From Slackia sp. (GTDB lineage: Bacteria > Actinomycetota > Coriobacteriia > Coriobacteriales > Eggerthellaceae), in NCBI GenBank assembly GCA_047240885.1, contig JBKTHK010000004.1, forward strand, positions 47-64,046: a DNA stretch of 64,000 nucleotides, written 5' to 3'. This document shows, piece after piece, positions 53,001 to 64,000 of the stretch. Every line of letters starts with the position of its first letter. Position 1 is the stretch's first letter. The notes under the pieces are model-generated. The model was not told where the DNA came from. It saw nothing but the letters and a program-made list of their open reading frames with translations, and did not search any database. The translations under genes and the position numbers were made by a program.

Positions 53001-56000
53001 CAAATCTGAGCGCCCGAAGCGTAGCCCACGTAACCGCCAGCGAAACCCTGCTCAAGCTCGGTATCCGTACCCGTGGCAGTTACCGTCATGCCCTTGCGAT
53101 AGCCCGTAACACTGGAACTCTTCACCACCGGCACCAGAACATCAAGTGCTGAGACCAAGCTGTCCAGATTCAAGCTGACCAGGTTGAGCAGGTCAACGCT
53201 GCCCAGGCTTGCCGCGTCGGCCGTCTCCATGGAGCCGGCAAAACCGCCCGCAGCACGCAAGGCAGAAACCGTCTTGGTATCCGTCGCCTGGCCGTGCGTG
53301 ATCACACCACCGTGCATGAGGCCCACGTAACCGCCGGCAATGCCGCCGCGCGACGCGTTGGCCTCGGTAGAATGGACCGTGCGGCCAGCCACCACGTTCG
53401 TACCGTATATATAGGATGCAACGAAATTGTCGAACTCTTCCTGAGAGCCGAAGACGTTGTTCGCGGCATCGCCGATTTGCGGGCCATAGCCGCCTTGCGA
53501 GCCCACGTGTTCGGCCCATGCGTTCCAGCTTTCAAAGGGCATGCCGCGCAACGGGCCCGTGACCTCAGTGTTCTCCTGCGTAGGATAGGTCACCTCAAGA
53601 GCGCCAAGCAGGTTGTTCACCTCAACCAGACCGAAGAGCAGGCTGAGGTTACCCGTACTTGCCGTGTCGGCGGGCTCGAGCAGGCCCGTGAAGCCGCCTG
53701 CGAACTCGGCGCCATAGACGCTGCGAATGCGCTCGGCGGAAGCCATGCGCTGCGTGCCCGTGTAGTGGTTCGACCCGTCGTTTTCCTTCTTCCACGAGGC
53801 ATTATTGTTGCCCCAAATATGACCGCCCTCGTTATGGCCCACGTAACCGCCGGCCATGCCGCGCAGCGCTAGCTTGTCGGATGCGGCCTGGGCACGCACT
53901 GCACCGCCGCACGGAACGCAGGTGGTTTCGCTATTGCGGATGGTGGGAACGAAATCCTGCACCAAAGATGCCAGCGTGCCATTGGTGCCTATCAAGCCTT
54001 TGAGGATGGAGGTGTTATCGGCAAGCACGCTCGCCACATCACCCGGGGCAATGCCACCGGCGTAACCGCCCGCCTTAACCTGACCAACGATATACGAGAA
54101 GTTGTACGAGTTCGAATCCTGAATGTGACCGCCCTTGACCTCGCCCACGAAGCCGCCGGCGCTGCCCACCGGGTTGGCTGCGCTGCCGGGATCGGCCGAA
54201 CCGTCGCCCAAATCGCCCTCGGGAAGGCTTGTCTCGGTTGCCAGCACAGCAAAGCCGCCCGTGCCGCCATTGACATCGGAATGCTCAACGGTAGAAACCA
54301 CCACGGAAAGCGCCCCGGCGATGTCGGTGAGTTTTATGGCCTGGCCCAACACGTTGAGGCCCTTGCCCACCGAAGCGGCGGAGCCAATGTCCATCTTGCC
54401 CATGTAGCCGCCCGCATAGCGCGGAGCCTTGACTGCGTATGCGCTTTGTCCATTGAAGTACGAGCTTCCGTCGGCGCCCTCAAGCTCGGCAGGCTCAACT
54501 ACGCCTGTGTGGCGCAGCTGCGTCACGTCGCAATTGGAAACTTGCACGCCCGAGCCGTACCCGATGAAGCCGCCTGCAGAACCGGACTGGGAATCAAGCA
54601 TATCCATGCGCGTCGAGGTCACGATAAGACCTGGATTCTTCTCATCGGGAGCCGCCACACCGGAGGTTGCTTCAACCGTAGAGACATCGGATTTCACGCC
54701 GGCATTTGTAATAGAGGGAACATAGGCACCCACCACACCCAGCAGCTCTTCAACGCCGATGTTCAAATCGGCAATGCCGCCCAGAATGCTCACGCCTCCA
54801 TCGGCTGCCGCAAGCGCACCGGAGGTCACCTTGCCGCCGAAGCCGCCGGCATAGCTTCCGCCTGTGACCTGCGCGATGTTATAGACCGCCCAAGGGTTGC
54901 CCTGGTTTTCGACCGTGCCGCTCTGGAAATCACCCGTAAAGCCGCCAGCCATGTCGGCCGAAACCGTACCGCCGTTGATATACGAAACGTCGACATTCGT
55001 GTACGAGGGAATCATGTATCCCACGGCATTGAGCAGGTTGTTTACGGACAGCAATCCCTTAATGGCAGCCTCGTCCGCAACATCGGCCAGTCCACCCGTG
55101 CGCGAAACGCCCACGAAGCCGCCCGCGATGCCGTCTTCCAGATGGGCGGTGACGCTCGCGAGGTTCTTTACATGACCGTCGGTAACTTCGGCGCTGTTGG
55201 CGGAGGCGATAAAGCCCGCCGCCGCAAAGCGCGTGGTGCCTCCGTCGGCATCGTTATTGCCCGTGGCCTCCACGGTCATACCTGCGGGTACGCCGGCAAC
55301 CGTGACGCCATCCATCTTCACCTCGAGGCCATCTGCCACCGAGAGCAAGCCGTTAAGCTTGAGCGCGCCGAGGCCGAGAAGGTCGAGCCCGCCCGTGGAT
55401 GCCAGGTCGCCCGGGCCAACCAAGCCTGCGAAACCGCCAGCATTGTTCTTTGCCGCAACCGACTTGATATTCGAGATGTTCACCACGCTGGTCGTCGGAG
55501 CCACAGCTGCCGACTCGTAGGCATCATCCGCACGGCCGATCTTGCCACCCGCCGCCTTGCCGATGCCACCCGCAGCGCACGAATCGCCCGCCGTCACGGT
55601 AAAGCCATCCGTAACACCGCTTACCGTGGTCGAGCTCACGTTGAAGGGCAGATATCCGCCCAAGCCGATGGTGGTATTCAGCACGCCGCCGACCGAGGCC
55701 GTGCCCAGGCCGCCGGCGATGCCGCCGGCATACGAGCCGTCGGCGGTAACTGAGCGAAGCCCCTCGATGCTCGAGCCCCGACCGGTCGCCTCATACTCAA
55801 CGGTGCCCTGACTCCAAAGCTTGATATCGCTCACATGAGCGTCATCAGACGCCGCGATCACCGTACCGTCGCCACGGCCTACCATGCCGCCCGCGAAGTC
55901 GTTGGCGGAATGCACAGTGAACTCACCCTTCATCTGCACTCCAAGAAGCTTCGACTCCTCAACGCCTACAAGGGAAAGCAGATTCTGCGCCGCTTCGGGA

Positions 56001-58281
56001 TCGCTCGTCAGAAGACCCGTAAGCAGGCCATTGACGCCGGTCAAAAGATCGGAGTTCTTGTTTTCACCCTGGCCGAGGTCGGTCGCCCAACCAACCGTGG
56101 CCGCGCCTGTAAAGCCGCCGGCCAACGCTTTGATGGAGCGCTTGCCATCATGTTCCTCTTCGTGGCCGGTGGCAGAAACATTCGCCGCACCTTCCACAGA
56201 CGCATCCACCGCATAGCTGTTCGCCATGGCGCCTGCAAAGCCGCCCGCATAGCTGGCAGCAGTTACCGTTACACCCGAGCGAACCGTGCATCCGGCAGCA
56301 GCGCTTTGTGGCTGAGCAACACGCACCAGCTCAACGCCGACCTCAGACAAGGCGCCCTTCATCACGTCATTGCGCATAAGGCCCGCAAAGCCGCCCGCAT
56401 ACAAACGGCCCGTCACTGTATAAGGATTAATGCTCTCTACCGAGCACTCCTGTGCGATGGTTCCCACCATGACGCCCGCAAAGCCGCCCGCATAATCGTT
56501 GTCCGCTGAACCAATAACCTCGCCCTCGGCAAAGTTGTGTACCGAGCAGTGCAAAATCATAGGATTGAGATAATCCACGGGAAGAAGCTCGCCCGCCTTG
56601 ATGATATTGCTATCAAGCAACAAGGTAATAAGGTCACCCAAACCAAGACCGGGAATGATGTTCAGGATATTCGTCAACAGCTTCACGATGTCGTCGAGAG
56701 CCTCAGACAGGATGCTATAGACCGTATCGCCCTGAGCGTATCCAACAAATCCACCATTCATCTGGGCGACGGAGGATACCGAAGCCTCGTGCACTTCGCA
56801 GCCCGACACCTCAACATCGCCCACAACACGACCCGCGAACGCGCCCGTCGCCAACGACGAGGGGTCTGCCGCACGAACATTAAGGAGGTTTTCAATCAGG
56901 CCATTAAGGCTCAGCTTGCCAAGCGTGAGAATCTCGAGAAGAGTGCTCAGCAATCCGCCGACAACGACGCCCAAAACACCAAGCAGCCCGCTGATAAGCG
57001 ACTGGTCGACACGCACTTCGGTGGCGTGGTTTTCCACCGACACCTTTTCAAGCGTGATGTTGCTTACGGTTGCCTTCGTCGGCACCGCAAAGGGGTCCCG
57101 CTCGTCAATCTTGTTGGAGATAGTGCCGAAAAAACCGATACCCGTATATTTGCTCACATCGAGCTTGGCATCAGACTGCACCACAATCACATTGGAGATG
57201 ACCGGGTTGGCCACCGCAGTAACATCGACAATGCCCGAGCCATCCTCCTTGATGCATTTCCAGAGGCTGCCCGCCGTATCGGGCGTATCACTCTTTGCGC
57301 CAAGCATGGTGCTCGAGAACATAAGGGGCTCCCAATTGCCGCCGGCGCTCAAATAAATATCACGGAAGATGATGTAATTGGCGTCGACGGAGTAAGTTGC
57401 TCCGCTGTCTTCGATGTCCATATTCGGGTTGATTTCGCCCGTTTCCTGATTGACGCCGCAACGTCCAACGGTCTCGAGCGCGCCGCCGTCGGCTTTATCG
57501 ATTTCTCAAAGGTAAAGTCCTTCTTGCCGTTTTGCAGCGCAAGAAGATCGGCATCGCCGCCATAGAGCATGATTGGCTCGCCGTTTTCGTCTTTATCGAC
57601 CTCCCAGCCTTTAAAATCATGATAAATGGCCTGGTAAACGGGCGTATACACTCTTTTGCCTGACCCAATCGCGCGCAGCTGCTGCTCGTTGCCGATAAGG
57701 ATGTATTTTGTTCCGTTAATCTCCTTGACGACCTGACCCGCAAAGTCGCGGCCACCAAGAGCTTCGACTGCGGCACGGTCGGCCACCAGCACGTTGCCCG
57801 TTGTTTCGCCATCGCCCTGCTGCAGGACCTCGGCGCCTTCAATCTGCGCGGCATCCTGCTCGGCGTCCGATACCTCGTCAGACGCATTGCCTTCGAGAGA
57901 CTCTTCGCCAGATACGTTTTCGTCGGACGTACCTTCGCTGGAATCTTCGCCATTGGAAGTGCTGTTGTCAGGAGCGCCTTCATTGGGTGCGGTGGCGTCA
58001 GACCCGCCACCGTTGGAGCCGTTTTCGCCAGAAGGCCCCCCGTCAACCGGGGCCTCGTCAAAGAAGGTTATAGGAGAAAATACATTATCGAAAAACGACA
58101 GGTCGAAGCCCTCTACTTCAGAGAGACCCCCCCCCGATGCGGTATTTTGCTCAACGGGCTGAGAATGGGCATCCGCCTCGGCGGATGCTTGCGTGTTGGC
58201 ATATGCCCTGTAACTCGTCGGAGACCAACCAAGCGCCAACGAAAACGTCAGTGCGGCTACTATGGTTTTGCGGAAAAGCAC
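50090..58281 (-). CDS. Giant pilus tip adhesin, about 2,700 aa (one frameshift near 57505)
   Basis: Signal peptide in 57349..58281; many (Y/F)AGG(F/Y)xG GLUG-like repeats; Cna-B domain (KIWND...RP); LPETGG + TM + RKRR. Confidence 0.88.
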
Positions 58282-58475
58282 GCTGCCTCCCTGAAATAAA
58301 AATTTCCAATTATAAACGGACTCAAGGGAAGTGCATAAATCATCCAGAGAATCCCTTTCCTGTTTTTATCACTTTTATATTTTTCGTCAGCTTCGAAAGT
58401 GTGAGATAACCCCCAGAACCAAATCTCCTGGGTATCTACTTCATAATTTCTACATATTTAGAAGCAATTATAGAG

Positions 58476-59180
58476 CTACCCGACCCACCTGTGAAACGAG
58501 CCGAATCGGGCCTCTATCGACCCCAAGAAGACCTTAAGATACTCTTCGCGCGCTTCGAACATGGCGGCAAGCACCTCTACGGCATCGGGCGGCATAAGGC
58601 CCGCATAATGGGCAAGATCGCGGCGGTTCATTTCGGCGTTGTACTCGTTGGTGCGAAGGTAATCCGCCATCACCACATCGTGCGAAACGCCGCACGCAAG
58701 CTGCACACTTGCGCACACCACGCCCACGCGGTCCTTCCCGTTCGCACAATGGACAAGCGCAGGCTCGCCATCGGCAATGATGCTTCGCGCAATGGACTGC
58801 ACCGCGTCCGCATGGTTGGCCATGACGCCATACAGGAAACGCATGCGCTCTCCAGGGCGGCCATAGGCCGCCTTTACATGGCTTGACTTGGTTTCCTGCG
58901 TTCGAGATTCATCGTCTTGCAAATCGACCGGACATACGCGCACCTCGAAGGCGTTGCAGACCATCGCAGGCTCAGGATTCGCCACGCGTTCCGCCTCTTT
59001 GCGCAAGTCGTACACAACCTCTATCCCTAACGCACGTAGCGCTTCGACATCTTCTTCCGTCGCTTCGGTCAGGGCGCGGGAGCGAAACAACGTGGGCAGG
59101 CCGCCTCCGCCATCAAGGCCAGCACACAAACGCAAACCGAACTTCTCACGCAGATTGAACGAAACGCCGTCACTCACCAC
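58476..59180 (-). CDS. Tyrosine/lipid phosphatase (PtpB/IphP-like)
   Basis: NLRE, LFRS, DLR..E, HCANGKDRVG (CX5R) and DYLRTN motifs. Confidence 0.9.
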   Translation of the reverse strand: MVSDGVSFNLREKFGLRLCAGLDGGGGLPTLFRSRALTEATEEDVEALRALGIEVVYDLRKEAERVANPEPAMVCNAFEVRVCPVDLQDDESRTQETKSSHVKAAYGRPGERMRFLYGVMANHADAVQSIARSIIADGEPALVHCANGKDRVGVVCASVQLACGVSHDVVMADYLRTNEYNAEMNRRDLAHYAGLMPPDAVEVLAAMFEAREEYLKVFLGSIEARFGSFHRWVG

Positions 59181-60777
59181 GCGGCACCGCCCCTTCTTCC
59201 TGCCCGAGCAAAAGCGCCATCATCTCCTGGCGGTCGTGCACGCCGAGCTTTGCATATATATGGGCCACGTGGGTTTTTACCGTGTTGCCCGAAAGGACCA
59301 AATCCTCCTGGATGCCCGCACGGGTGCGCCCGCGCGCCATGCACGCGAACACATCGCGCTCACGCGGCGAAAGACCATAGGCATCAGCAAGGTCTTCGCA
59401 GCGCTGAGCAATCAGGGTATGGAGACGCTCCGTCGCGTCGAATTCCTCTTCATCGGCTTCGTCGGAGACAACCTGCTCCATCGATGCGGCAACGTTCGAA
59501 GAATCAGATGCGACCTCTTGCGAGCCAGAAGCGGAAGCGCCCTGCGCCCACGAACCTCGACTCCAGTTCGCCCGCATGGCAAACACCACCACGGCATAAG
59601 CCGCCAAGAGCACGAGCGTCGTATCGACCACCGTGGCGCGACTCATAAGCACAACCCAGACAATGGACACGCCCGCGTACACCGCGCAGGCAAACCCGAC
59701 CACGCGATACGAGGGAACGTCAAGCGCATCGAGCGCAGCAATAACCACGCACCAGAACAAAAGATGGGCAAACAGCTCGTCAAGCTGTACAACCGTGCTC
59801 AAAAACATTGCTTCGACGCTATTCGGCTCAACATGCAAGGCCATAGCGAACATGCCGGCCAATGTCACCAATATGGCAGGCTGAAAACGCATGGAAACAG
59901 GACGCTCCTGCGCGGCAATCAGCGCAAAGCGTCCGAAAATGACCAGGCAAACGCCGCCAAGAGCGAGGCTTGCCATCCATGCAATAGATTCAGAAAGACT
60001 TGTGTGAGTGTCTCCCCACATGCCAAGAAAGCTCATAGCTCGCACGACGGCAAGAAGAATTGCCGCCACGGCCATAATCGCCATAAGGTCACGTTTTTCA
60101 GAGCGACCCATAGCTACCACGCGCGGACGGCTAGGGATGCCAAACTCGGTGTGCGTACGAGATTTGCGCGCCGCGACCCCGGGATCTATCCACGGATTAC
60201 GCTCCACTTGGAGCCTAGCTGCAACACGAGCGCCCTCGAAAACCAGGGCCGAAACAACAGGAAGAACAACAGCAACGGCAACTTGGAGATCCGAGCCCAA
60301 GGAAACCCCGAAGACCTCTACGAGCATGAGCTTTGCAAACAGCGCAGCTACAATGCTCCACACTGCACATGAAAACAACTGAGTGCGGGCAAGAAGCACG
60401 TTATAACGAGCAACCAGCCAAAAATACCCCACGCCCGAAACACAGAGGCCAAACGCAGCCAAAGACCCCGGATCGAAGAGGTCCTGCCGATAGGCCAGGG
60501 CAAAGCACGCCGTGCCCATTGACGCAAGCAAGGGCAGTGCCGTAACAAACAGCTTGTTGCCCCTGCGCATCCCATGCGGAAAAATCGCGAACAGAAGGCT
60601 CAGGATCAAGATTCCGGCCAAGAAAAACGTACGGGGGTTTGTCCAACCCTGCATGCCGTCCGAAGCGGGCATGAAGCCAAGAGTGTGCCCCATGAGAGTG
60701 CACCACACAAGATTGAGACAAGAGCCGAGCGCACACAGCACGATGCAGGCGTTCGGCCGCACTGAAGAAACGCCCAT
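59170..60777 (-). CDS. Multi-TM LuxR-family regulator (third)
   Basis: About 12 TM helices, then LSPRERDVF..GR...TVKTHVAHIYAKLGVH HTH. Confidence 0.93.
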   Translation of the reverse strand: MGVSSVRPNACIVLCALGSCLNLVWCTLMGHTLGFMPASDGMQGWTNPRTFFLAGILILSLLFAIFPHGMRRGNKLFVTALPLLASMGTACFALAYRQDLFDPGSLAAFGLCVSGVGYFWLVARYNVLLARTQLFSCAVWSIVAALFAKLMLVEVFGVSLGSDLQVAVAVVLPVVSALVFEGARVAARLQVERNPWIDPGVAARKSRTHTEFGIPSRPRVVAMGRSEKRDLMAIMAVAAILLAVVRAMSFLGMWGDTHTSLSESIAWMASLALGGVCLVIFGRFALIAAQERPVSMRFQPAILVTLAGMFAMALHVEPNSVEAMFLSTVVQLDELFAHLLFWCVVIAALDALDVPSYRVVGFACAVYAGVSIVWVVLMSRATVVDTTLVLLAAYAVVVFAMRANWSRGSWAQGASASGSQEVASDSSNVAASMEQVVSDEADEEEFDATERLHTLIAQRCEDLADAYGLSPRERDVFACMARGRTRAGIQEDLVLSGNTVKTHVAHIYAKLGVHDRQEMMALLLGQEEGAVPRGE

Positions 60778-60863
60778 GCGCACCCCCTTGATCCCCTCTT
60801 GCAGCAAAAGACGTTCCGACTGATTTTATCCCAATTATTCTCCGAAAGAAAACAAATGTGAGA

Positions 60864-60881
60864 ATCACCCTTCTGGGTGAT
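60864..60881. promoter_or_regulatory. Perfect palindrome, candidate LuxR operator
   Basis: ATCACCC-TTCT-GGGTGAT in the divergent intergenic region. Confidence 0.6.
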
Positions 60882-61104
60882 GCCGATGAACTGGGGTTTT
60901 ATAAAATCGTATTTCGCGGCGATACGAATCTCCCCTACGGCTTCCTACTATGGTCGCGCATGCGCGCGCAGAGGCCGCGGGGCGCCCTCCTACCTTGCCC
61001 CCGCTCTACGCGCGCCTTCGTCTCTAAAGGGAGAAAGGAGGGGGATCTACAAGACGAAGGCATGGACGGAAAACCGTCGTCACGTGATACAACAAGGGGG
61101 ACAT

Positions 61105-62900
61105 ATGTCTATCAAAAGCAAAATCGCGATAATCGCGGCTTGCCTTACCTGCGCGTTCTGCTGCATAGCGGGATGCGCGCCGCAAGAGCAGCCCGACCAA
61201 ACGCCGGCAAGCGCGCCGACCGCAAACGAAAGCGCAGAAGAAACCGCCGTCACGCCTGAGCAGCAAAAGGTCATCGACGGCGAAGAGGGCATCACCAACG
61301 CCGACATCAACGAAGACGCCTATCCGGGCAAGGAATACCTGGACGGCCTGTACGATCGATGGGAGACCCTTGGCGAGGAGCACGCACCCGAAATCCGCAC
61401 CCTGCCGAACGGCCAGATGGTTCAGCGCACTCCCACCGAATACGAAGTGCACCCCGACGCTTGGCAGATCCAGGCGGGATCCAATTCATACAACACCTAC
61501 TGGCTCGGCGCCGACGACCGCGGTTGCGAGTCGTGCCACGCCGACTTGGACGCTCTGCTGAAGAGCCTTCCTTACGAGCATCCCGTTGCCTGGAACGAAA
61601 CCCTAAACAACGAGACCACGCTCCAGCAGTGCCTGTTCTGCCACTCCTACGCACCCGGCTATATTGCCAAGCAGTACGAGTTCGGCACCCTGATGCACGG
61701 CATCCACTACTCCGGCCCTGGAAAGGGCAAGTTCGAGGGCGACTACGAGGGCAACTGCATGTCCTGCCACAATGCCACCGAAAATGGTCAGAACATGGAG
61801 CTGTGGGACCTGACCAAATACGATCGCCTCTGGGGCATCAATAAGGTCGAAAACGTTCAGGGCGACTTCGCCGTCGAGCAAGACACCGTCCATAGCCAGG
61901 ACGAAGTGTTCTCCTACGACTGGATGCATGCCTACTACGACAACATGCGCCATGGCGCAGGCGTCAACGGCCTGAACCTCGAAATGCCTCAGAGCTTGTT
62001 CGACAACTGGGAGATCACCATCGAGGGCAACGTGCCGAACCCCTATACCGCCAAGCTTCCCGACTGATCGCTGAAGCCGAAGAAGCCGGCGTCATTGTGA
62101 CCAAGGCCTCCAAGATGGTCTGCGACTGGAACCCGGTCGGCGGCGGCGGCGTCACCAACACTGAAGTCACCGGCATCCCGGTGAGCTGGCTGGTCGAGAA
62201 GGCCGGCGGCTACCTGAACGACACCACGGGCGTCCGCGTCCTGCGTGCCGACGGCAGCTCCAAGCGCGCCTTCCCGAAGGATAAGCTCGATGACAACGAG
62301 GCCCTGCTCGTCTACAAGATCGGCGGCGAATACCTCGACGCCACGCGCGGCTATCCCTGCACCAACTGGGTCGAAGGCGCTGACGCCCAGATTAACTCCA
62401 AGCAGGTTGCAAGCTACAAGGTGACCAACGAAGACATCGACTACACCGACAAGTGGGCCGGCAATCCCAACGCCTGGCACAACGAAAACGGCGACGCAAT
62501 GAACAAGCCCAACGCCACGATTCTCGGCGTGCCCGACGGTCTGCTCATCCAGAACGGCCAACCGTTCACCTTCAACGGCTACGTCGACGCCTACGATAAG
62601 AAGATCGCCAGCATGGAGTTCTCCATGGACCAGGGCGAAACGTGGACCAAGTTCGATCTGCCCGAAACCGACGTGAACAAGATGGTCTGGTGGAACTTCA
62701 CCTGGACACCTGAGAAAGAAGGCGCCTATTGCCTGACCGTCCGCGCAACCACTGAAGACGGCGAAGTGAGCTTCGAGACCCAGACCGTCATGGTCAACGT
62801 CAAGGACGTCATGCCCACTCCCGAGCAGACCACCGTCCTCGAAACCGCAAGCCTCGTTCCCGCACAGGCCGCAGCGGACGCCGCCAAAGAGGAAGAATAG
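61105..62900 (+). CDS. Lipoprotein tri-heme cytochrome c fused to a sulfite-oxidase-family Mo domain and Ig-like domain (frameshift near 62064)
   Basis: IAGC lipobox; CESCH, CLFCH and CMSCH; WEITIEGNV, MVCDWN, TGIPV..L, GYP, EFSMDQGETW and VRAT motifs. Confidence 0.8.
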
Positions 62901-62911
62901 GAGGGCCTAGC

Positions 62912-63970
62912 ATGAAGTTTTCCGCACCTAAAAAGATTTTAGCCGGAGCGGCGGGTGTAGCCCTAATCGCATCGGGAGCCACCGTGGCATTCGCCAAAAA
63001 CGGCCCCGAAGCCGAAGGGCTTTCGCACGACGTGGACGGCAACACCATCGACTCGCACCGTCTGACGCTTGACAAGGATTTCATCCATGTGGCCGACGTG
63101 CAGGGCACCTTCACCTTCAACCAGGAAGGCGTGACCCCCAACGACGAGCTGTTCAACGTGTTCGGCGCTGCGCTGACCTCGATGTGCTCGAAGCCTTCCG
63201 TCGAAATGCTGGATAACGGCGAGGGCGTTGCGAACTACTACGTGAACGTAGGCGGCAACATCGAAAAGAATTTCACCGTCAACGTTTCCGAGATGAAGGA
63301 AGCAGAGCAGCAGGCCCTTATGGGATGCTCGTGCGCGACGGGCAAACCCTTCGGCCAGGCCGCCGTTGTGGGCGTACCGCTCGAGTCGGTCGTCAGCATG
63401 GCGAACCTCGAAGAAGGCGTGAATACTGTGACCGCCTATGGCGCCGACGGCTTTGGCCAGGCGCTGCCCCTGCAGTACGCGCTCGACAAGAAAGCGCTCC
63501 TGGTATATGAGGTGAACGGCGAGGCATTGAAGTCCACCGATGGCTCCGCCGTGCAGCTTTGGCTGCCTGAAACGGTTGCGCGCTATTTCACGCGCAACAT
63601 CGTAAACATCGAACTGACCCGCGAGACCGAAGAGCCCGGCGTGCAGCAGATGGATCCGCAGTTCCGTAACAAGATCGACATTCAGAACACCTCCGACGGA
63701 TGCGTTTTCAAGGCCGGCTACGACATCACCTTCGAAGGCGTAGCCGATGATTGCGGATCTCCGATCACCGCAATCGAGTTCTCGTTCGATGACGGCGCCA
63801 CCTGGACAAGCTGTGCTACCGAAGGTGCAACGGCCGACAAATGGGTGAACTGGCAGTTCACCACCTCGTTCGCCGAAGCCGGCAACTACAACCTGTCCGT
63901 GCGCGCGAAAACCGCCGACGGGGTTGTATCTCCGCTCGAAGCGACGCTTGAGTTCGAGGTCATCGAATAG
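62912..63970 (+). CDS. Secreted sulfite-oxidase-fold protein (Mo-binding-like domain + Ig dimer domain)
   Basis: Signal peptide ending AFA; VGGNI, GVPL, GADG, YEVNGE.L, EFSFDDGATW and VRAKT motifs. Confidence 0.8.
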   Translation: MKFSAPKKILAGAAGVALIASGATVAFAKNGPEAEGLSHDVDGNTIDSHRLTLDKDFIHVADVQGTFTFNQEGVTPNDELFNVFGAALTSMCSKPSVEMLDNGEGVANYYVNVGGNIEKNFTVNVSEMKEAEQQALMGCSCATGKPFGQAAVVGVPLESVVSMANLEEGVNTVTAYGADGFGQALPLQYALDKKALLVYEVNGEALKSTDGSAVQLWLPETVARYFTRNIVNIELTRETEEPGVQQMDPQFRNKIDIQNTSDGCVFKAGYDITFEGVADDCGSPITAIEFSFDDGATWTSCATEGATADKWVNWQFTTSFAEAGNYNLSVRAKTADGVVSPLEATLEFEVIE

Positions 63971-64000
63971 CGCTGCGCGCGAGGCCGCAGAAGCAACGAC

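Overview
GC-rich chromosomal region that looks like a gut Coriobacteriia genome, probably Eggerthellaceae. This is inferred from three multi-TM LuxR regulators, two Tat flavoprotein reductases, a dnaK-grpE-dnaJ-hspR-clpB operon and xAKTxD sorting signals. Left to right: a BglII/BstYI-like nuclease gene running off the left edge (missed by the ORF track); zinc-ribbon/YARHG membrane genes and an amidase; a divergent PARG-like macrodomain/SRAP pair; tRNA-fMet; housekeeping enzymes; lrgAB; TM-LuxR/flavoprotein pair 1; an ECF sigma-ABC operon; a sortase-anchored surface protein; csoR-copA; the heat-shock operon; TM-LuxR/flavoprotein pair 2; an HTH plus zeta-toxin-like P-loop gene pair followed by a non-coding repeat array with an exact 31-bp period; a sortase pilus operon with a giant adhesin carrying a G9 tract; and a TM-LuxR facing a lipoprotein tri-heme cytochrome c/sulfite-oxidase-fold fusion operon. 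Many genes (psiE, HAD, surface protein, copA, clpB, dnaJ, adhesin, cytochrome) are broken by small indels, which most likely reflect long-read assembly errors. All family calls come from motif recognition by eye, not database searches.
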